DNA of 17,979 nucleotides from a virus: UHGV virus genome UHGV-0211073; one strand, 5' to 3'. Shown piece by piece: positions 15,727 to 17,979 of this stretch (position 1 is its first letter; each line of letters starts with the position of its first letter). The notes under the pieces were generated by a model. It saw only the letters and a program-made list of their open reading frames with translations, ran no database searches and was not told where the DNA came from. The position numbers and the translations under genes were made by a program.

Positions 15727-16560
15727 ATGAACATCGAAAAAAGCAGATTAATTTCTGAGGCCGCCCCTCATCTGAACGCCTCTCTGGGCACAATTAACGG
15801 TAATGAATTTGCCGCAATTGTCCCGGTTATTTCTGGTCATATAGGTGGGCGTGAAACCAATATTGTTAGCGCAAAAGCGTTACACAAAGCGTTGGGCGTG
15901 GGAAAAGACTTCTCTACATGGATCACTGATCGCATCTCTGAATATGACTTCACCATTGGGCACGATTACTCAGTCCATAAAACAATTTCCCCAAATTTGG
16001 GGAAAAGCCCGAATGGCGCGGCTTACAGCAAGATTAAGCACTCTGGCAGACCCGGCAAAGACTATCTGTTAAGTGTCGGAATGGCGAAAGAACTGGCAAT
16101 GATCGAACGCAATGATCAGGGTCGCGCTATCCGTCGTTATTTCATCCAGTGCGAGGAAGAATTACAGCGTACCGTGCCTGAAATCGCCGCCCGCTATCGT
16201 CGCCAGCTAAAAGCCCGTATCAGTGCCGCAAACAACTTTAAGCCAATGTGCGATGCGCTGAACATGGCCCGTGCCGAGCAGGGGAAAACGACGCAGCAAC
16301 ACCACTACACAAACGAGAGCAATATGATTTCTCGTATCGTTCTTGGTGGGCTAACTGCTAAGCAGTGGGCGCGGATAAATGGCTATTCTGGCGAACCTCG
16401 CGACCATATGAACGCAGAACAGCTTGAGCACCTCTCATATCTCGAAAGCACCAATATCACGTTAATTGATATGGGCATGGAATATGAGCAGCGCAAAGGA
16501 GAACTCACCCACCTGTCGCAACGCTGGCTCGCCAAGCGTCTGGAGGCGCTCAATGTCTAA
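15727..16560 (+). CDS. Putative phage antirepressor (AntA-like N-terminal domain), 277 aa
   Basis: Segment 'AKALHKALGVGKDFSTWITDRISEYDFTIGHDYSV...GRPGKDYLLSVGMAKELAMIE' resembles the AntA/AntB antirepressor domain as I recall it. Unverified. Confidence 0.55.
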   Translation: MNIEKSRLISEAAPHLNASLGTINGNEFAAIVPVISGHIGGRETNIVSAKALHKALGVGKDFSTWITDRISEYDFTIGHDYSVHKTISPNLGKSPNGAAYSKIKHSGRPGKDYLLSVGMAKELAMIERNDQGRAIRRYFIQCEEELQRTVPEIAARYRRQLKARISAANNFKPMCDALNMARAEQGKTTQQHHYTNESNMISRIVLGGLTAKQWARINGYSGEPRDHMNAEQLEHLSYLESTNITLIDMGMEYEQRKGELTHLSQRWLAKRLEALNV

Positions 16561-16732
16561 GCCAACAGGAATACCACAACCACAAAAACGCTACAAAGAT
16601 GCCCACGGAGCACTCGTTACTGTCGAAAGCGTGTCTCACAACCGAGTGACGTTTTATCGCGACGGGTATCAATCGCCATGCGTACAACCGCTGGCGCGTT
16701 TCATGAAGGAGTTCGCGGAGGTTAACCAATGA
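16553..16732 (+). CDS. Small hypothetical protein (59 aa)
   Basis: ATG at 16553 overlaps the upstream stop (ATGTCTAA); stop overlaps the next ATG (AATGA). The ORF-track start at 16466 lies inside the upstream gene. Confidence 0.4.
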   Translation: MSKPTGIPQPQKRYKDAHGALVTVESVSHNRVTFYRDGYQSPCVQPLARFMKEFAEVNQ

Positions 16733-17796
16733 TACCCGTCCAGAAGAAGACATTTTCACTGGCTGGTATGTCGCCAAAATCCAGCAATATGACAGCAAAG
16801 TCAGACATTAATACAGCAGATACAAGCAAAGTTTATCATTTGCTGGTGGTAGGAGCGGATGCCTTAACTATGTCAGAAATTACGGTCGATGGTGTTAGCG
16901 TTGAGAAGGTCAGCGGCTATGCCAGAGAATTTCTGGTCGTAGATGGCTTTCTCTGCTCGTGTAGTGACTCCACAAAAACCTTCGTCCACGCGCGTGACGT
17001 TAACGAAATGAGCGCGATGTACTGTGCTTCTGGTTCTTCCAATAGTGAGTTTTCGGAGTCCATAAAAAAGAGCTTGCCGTTATGCGGCAACACGGTTTAT
17101 GGTTATAAGGCACCTCATAAAACGGGTGCCGGGATTGGCGTCCTGAAAATTCTGAAGGCGACATATGACGCGCCGAGCGTCTTTTTTTATGTCGTAGGTC
17201 TGACTCACCCATTTTTTGGGCGTTGGTGTATAATCCAGCGCCTTTGTCAATCAATGGTGGCTCAGGCGGGGGCTTCTTCGGAAGCGCCGGTATCCTTCAG
17301 AGCCGGTTACGCCAACCCTGTCTGGGCTACCACCAGCGAAATTGGCGTTTCCGGTGGTAGCGTAACCTGCTATCTGAAGGAGGCTGCCACATGCTGGCTA
17401 CTACCCCTACCCAAAAAACGCAATTTATCTGGATTATCGCCGCAGTTCGCCGCGATTGCCCGACAATTACCGCCAAAATTCATCATATTGCTGCCGAGTC
17501 TGAACGCGATGCTCGCCGTTCTCTGGTGCGCGATCACATCTGCTTTTTTGCTGGTCGTATCCGCATGGAGGTGGCACATGATTAAAAACTACGATGTGCA
17601 TATGGATCCCCTCGAACGCACAAGCCAGATCATCACACTGACAGAAGTGATTAACGACATTCTGGTGAGCAACTCTCCCTCACGAGACGAAAGACTGAAG
17701 GCGTTACTCGCGATATTGGATCTCGCCGTTCGTGACGTTCATTTCCTGCTGGAAGGTGGCGAAATGCCAGTAAAAACGGGGGCAACCAATGAATAA
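16729..17796 (+). CDS. Hypothetical protein; the 355-aa ORF is probably over-extended and only the 5' part (roughly 16729-17170) looks coding
   Basis: Start is coupled to the upstream gene. From about 17190 the frame crosses a terminator-like hairpin, a candidate promoter and the Icd-like gene in another frame, and its translation becomes W/C-rich and atypical. Confidence 0.3.
   Translation: MIPVQKKTFSLAGMSPKSSNMTAKSDINTADTSKVYHLLVVGADALTMSEITVDGVSVEKVSGYAREFLVVDGFLCSCSDSTKTFVHARDVNEMSAMYCASGSSNSEFSESIKKSLPLCGNTVYGYKAPHKTGAGIGVLKILKATYDAPSVFFYVVGLTHPFFGRWCIIQRLCQSMVAQAGASSEAPVSFRAGYANPVWATTSEIGVSGGSVTCYLKEAATCWLLPLPKKRNLSGLSPQFAAIARQLPPKFIILLPSLNAMLAVLWCAITSAFLLVVSAWRWHMIKNYDVHMDPLERTSQIITLTEVINDILVSNSPSRDERLKALLAILDLAVRDVHFLLEGGEMPVKTGATNE
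17167..17188 (+). terminator. Terminator-like hairpin GACGC-gccga-GCGTC followed by T7
   Basis: Perfect 5-bp stem plus TTTTTTT at 17182-17188; followed by TATAAT at 17229-17234. Confidence 0.45.
17391..17585 (+). CDS. Icd-like small protein (64 aa), putative host cell-division inhibitor family
   Basis: Strong RBS AAGGAGG before the ATG. '[11 protein letters not shown]...[22 protein letters not shown]' matches the conserved Icd-like pattern (F-W--AAV-R ... ARR-L ... FAGRI) as I recall it. Confidence 0.6.
   Translation: MLATTPTQKTQFIWIIAAVRRDCPTITAKIHHIAAESERDARRSLVRDHICFFAGRIRMEVAHD
17578..17796 (+). CDS. Small hypothetical protein (72 aa), counterpart of ORF 1-264
   Basis: ATG overlaps the Icd-like stop (CATGATTAA). 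Shares sequence pattern with ORF 1-264. Confidence 0.45.
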   Translation: MIKNYDVHMDPLERTSQIITLTEVINDILVSNSPSRDERLKALLAILDLAVRDVHFLLEGGEMPVKTGATNE

Positions 17797-17979
17797 CTCA
17801 ATTAATACCCCTCGCCTTACGTCCGCACTTCAATTAATCGAGCAAGCAGCGGCTGTCCTGGTTGCTGTCAGTCTTTCGGCTGAAGAAATGGACGCTACTG
17901 ATGTCGTGGATGCGATTAAAGCGTGCTCATCTTTGGTTAACGATGCCCGTGCAGAGCTGGTAATTCTTGGGGGTGAAAA
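17789..17979 (+). CDS. Small hypothetical protein, 3'-truncated by the window end; counterpart of ORF 261-482
   Basis: ATG at 17789 overlaps the upstream stop; open frame with no stop to 17979 ([19 protein letters not shown]...). Not in the ORF track because it is incomplete. Confidence 0.45.
   Translation, partial: MNNSINTPRLTSALQLIEQAAAVLVAVSLSAEEMDATDVVDAIKACSSLVNDARAELVILGGE

Larger units (their letters stand above)
1..17979. other. Context: accessory region made of two tandemly arranged P4-type integrative elements (A: 1 to about 12385; B: about 12598 to window end)
   Basis: Integrase at 12678 sits in the middle of the window, preceded by a P4 alpha-like primase and cargo. ORFs at 1-264 and 261-482 resemble ORFs at 17578-17796 and 17789-17979 in pattern, implying repeated element backbones. 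Confidence 0.5.
12598..17979 (+). mobile_element. Element B (5' portion): P4-type integrative element beginning int - orf - alpA - antA-like - icd-like
   Basis: Canonical order of integrase, AlpA regulator and small regulatory genes on one strand. The element continues past the window end. Confidence 0.5.

Overview
This window looks like two tandem P4-type (integrase/AlpA/alpha-primase) integrative elements from an enterobacterial chromosome, read entirely from sequence without database searches. Element A (3' part, about 1-12.4 kb) has three small conserved ORFs, a P4 alpha-like primase/helicase (1090-3441), iteron-like repeat clusters downstream of it, and an element-specific cargo region (about 3.6-12.3 kb). 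Element B (5' part, about 12.4-17.98 kb) starts at a P4-type tyrosine integrase (12678-13946), followed by an AlpA regulator, an AntA-like antirepressor, an Icd-like small protein and homologues of element A's pre-primase ORFs. The cargo of element A holds the best candidates for an undescribed system: (i) a tightly coupled operon of a 57-aa protein plus two large proteins (447 aa and 705 aa) with no catalytic motifs I can see, followed by a convergent low-GC 4-TM membrane protein gene; (ii) an ImmA/IrrE (HEXXH) metallopeptidase coupled to a small membrane protein rather than an HTH partner; (iii) an iteron-rich divergent switch between an RHH-type DNA-binding protein and a PerC-like regulator. 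Functions of the unknown proteins are not established here; all family assignments rest on motifs visible in the translations.
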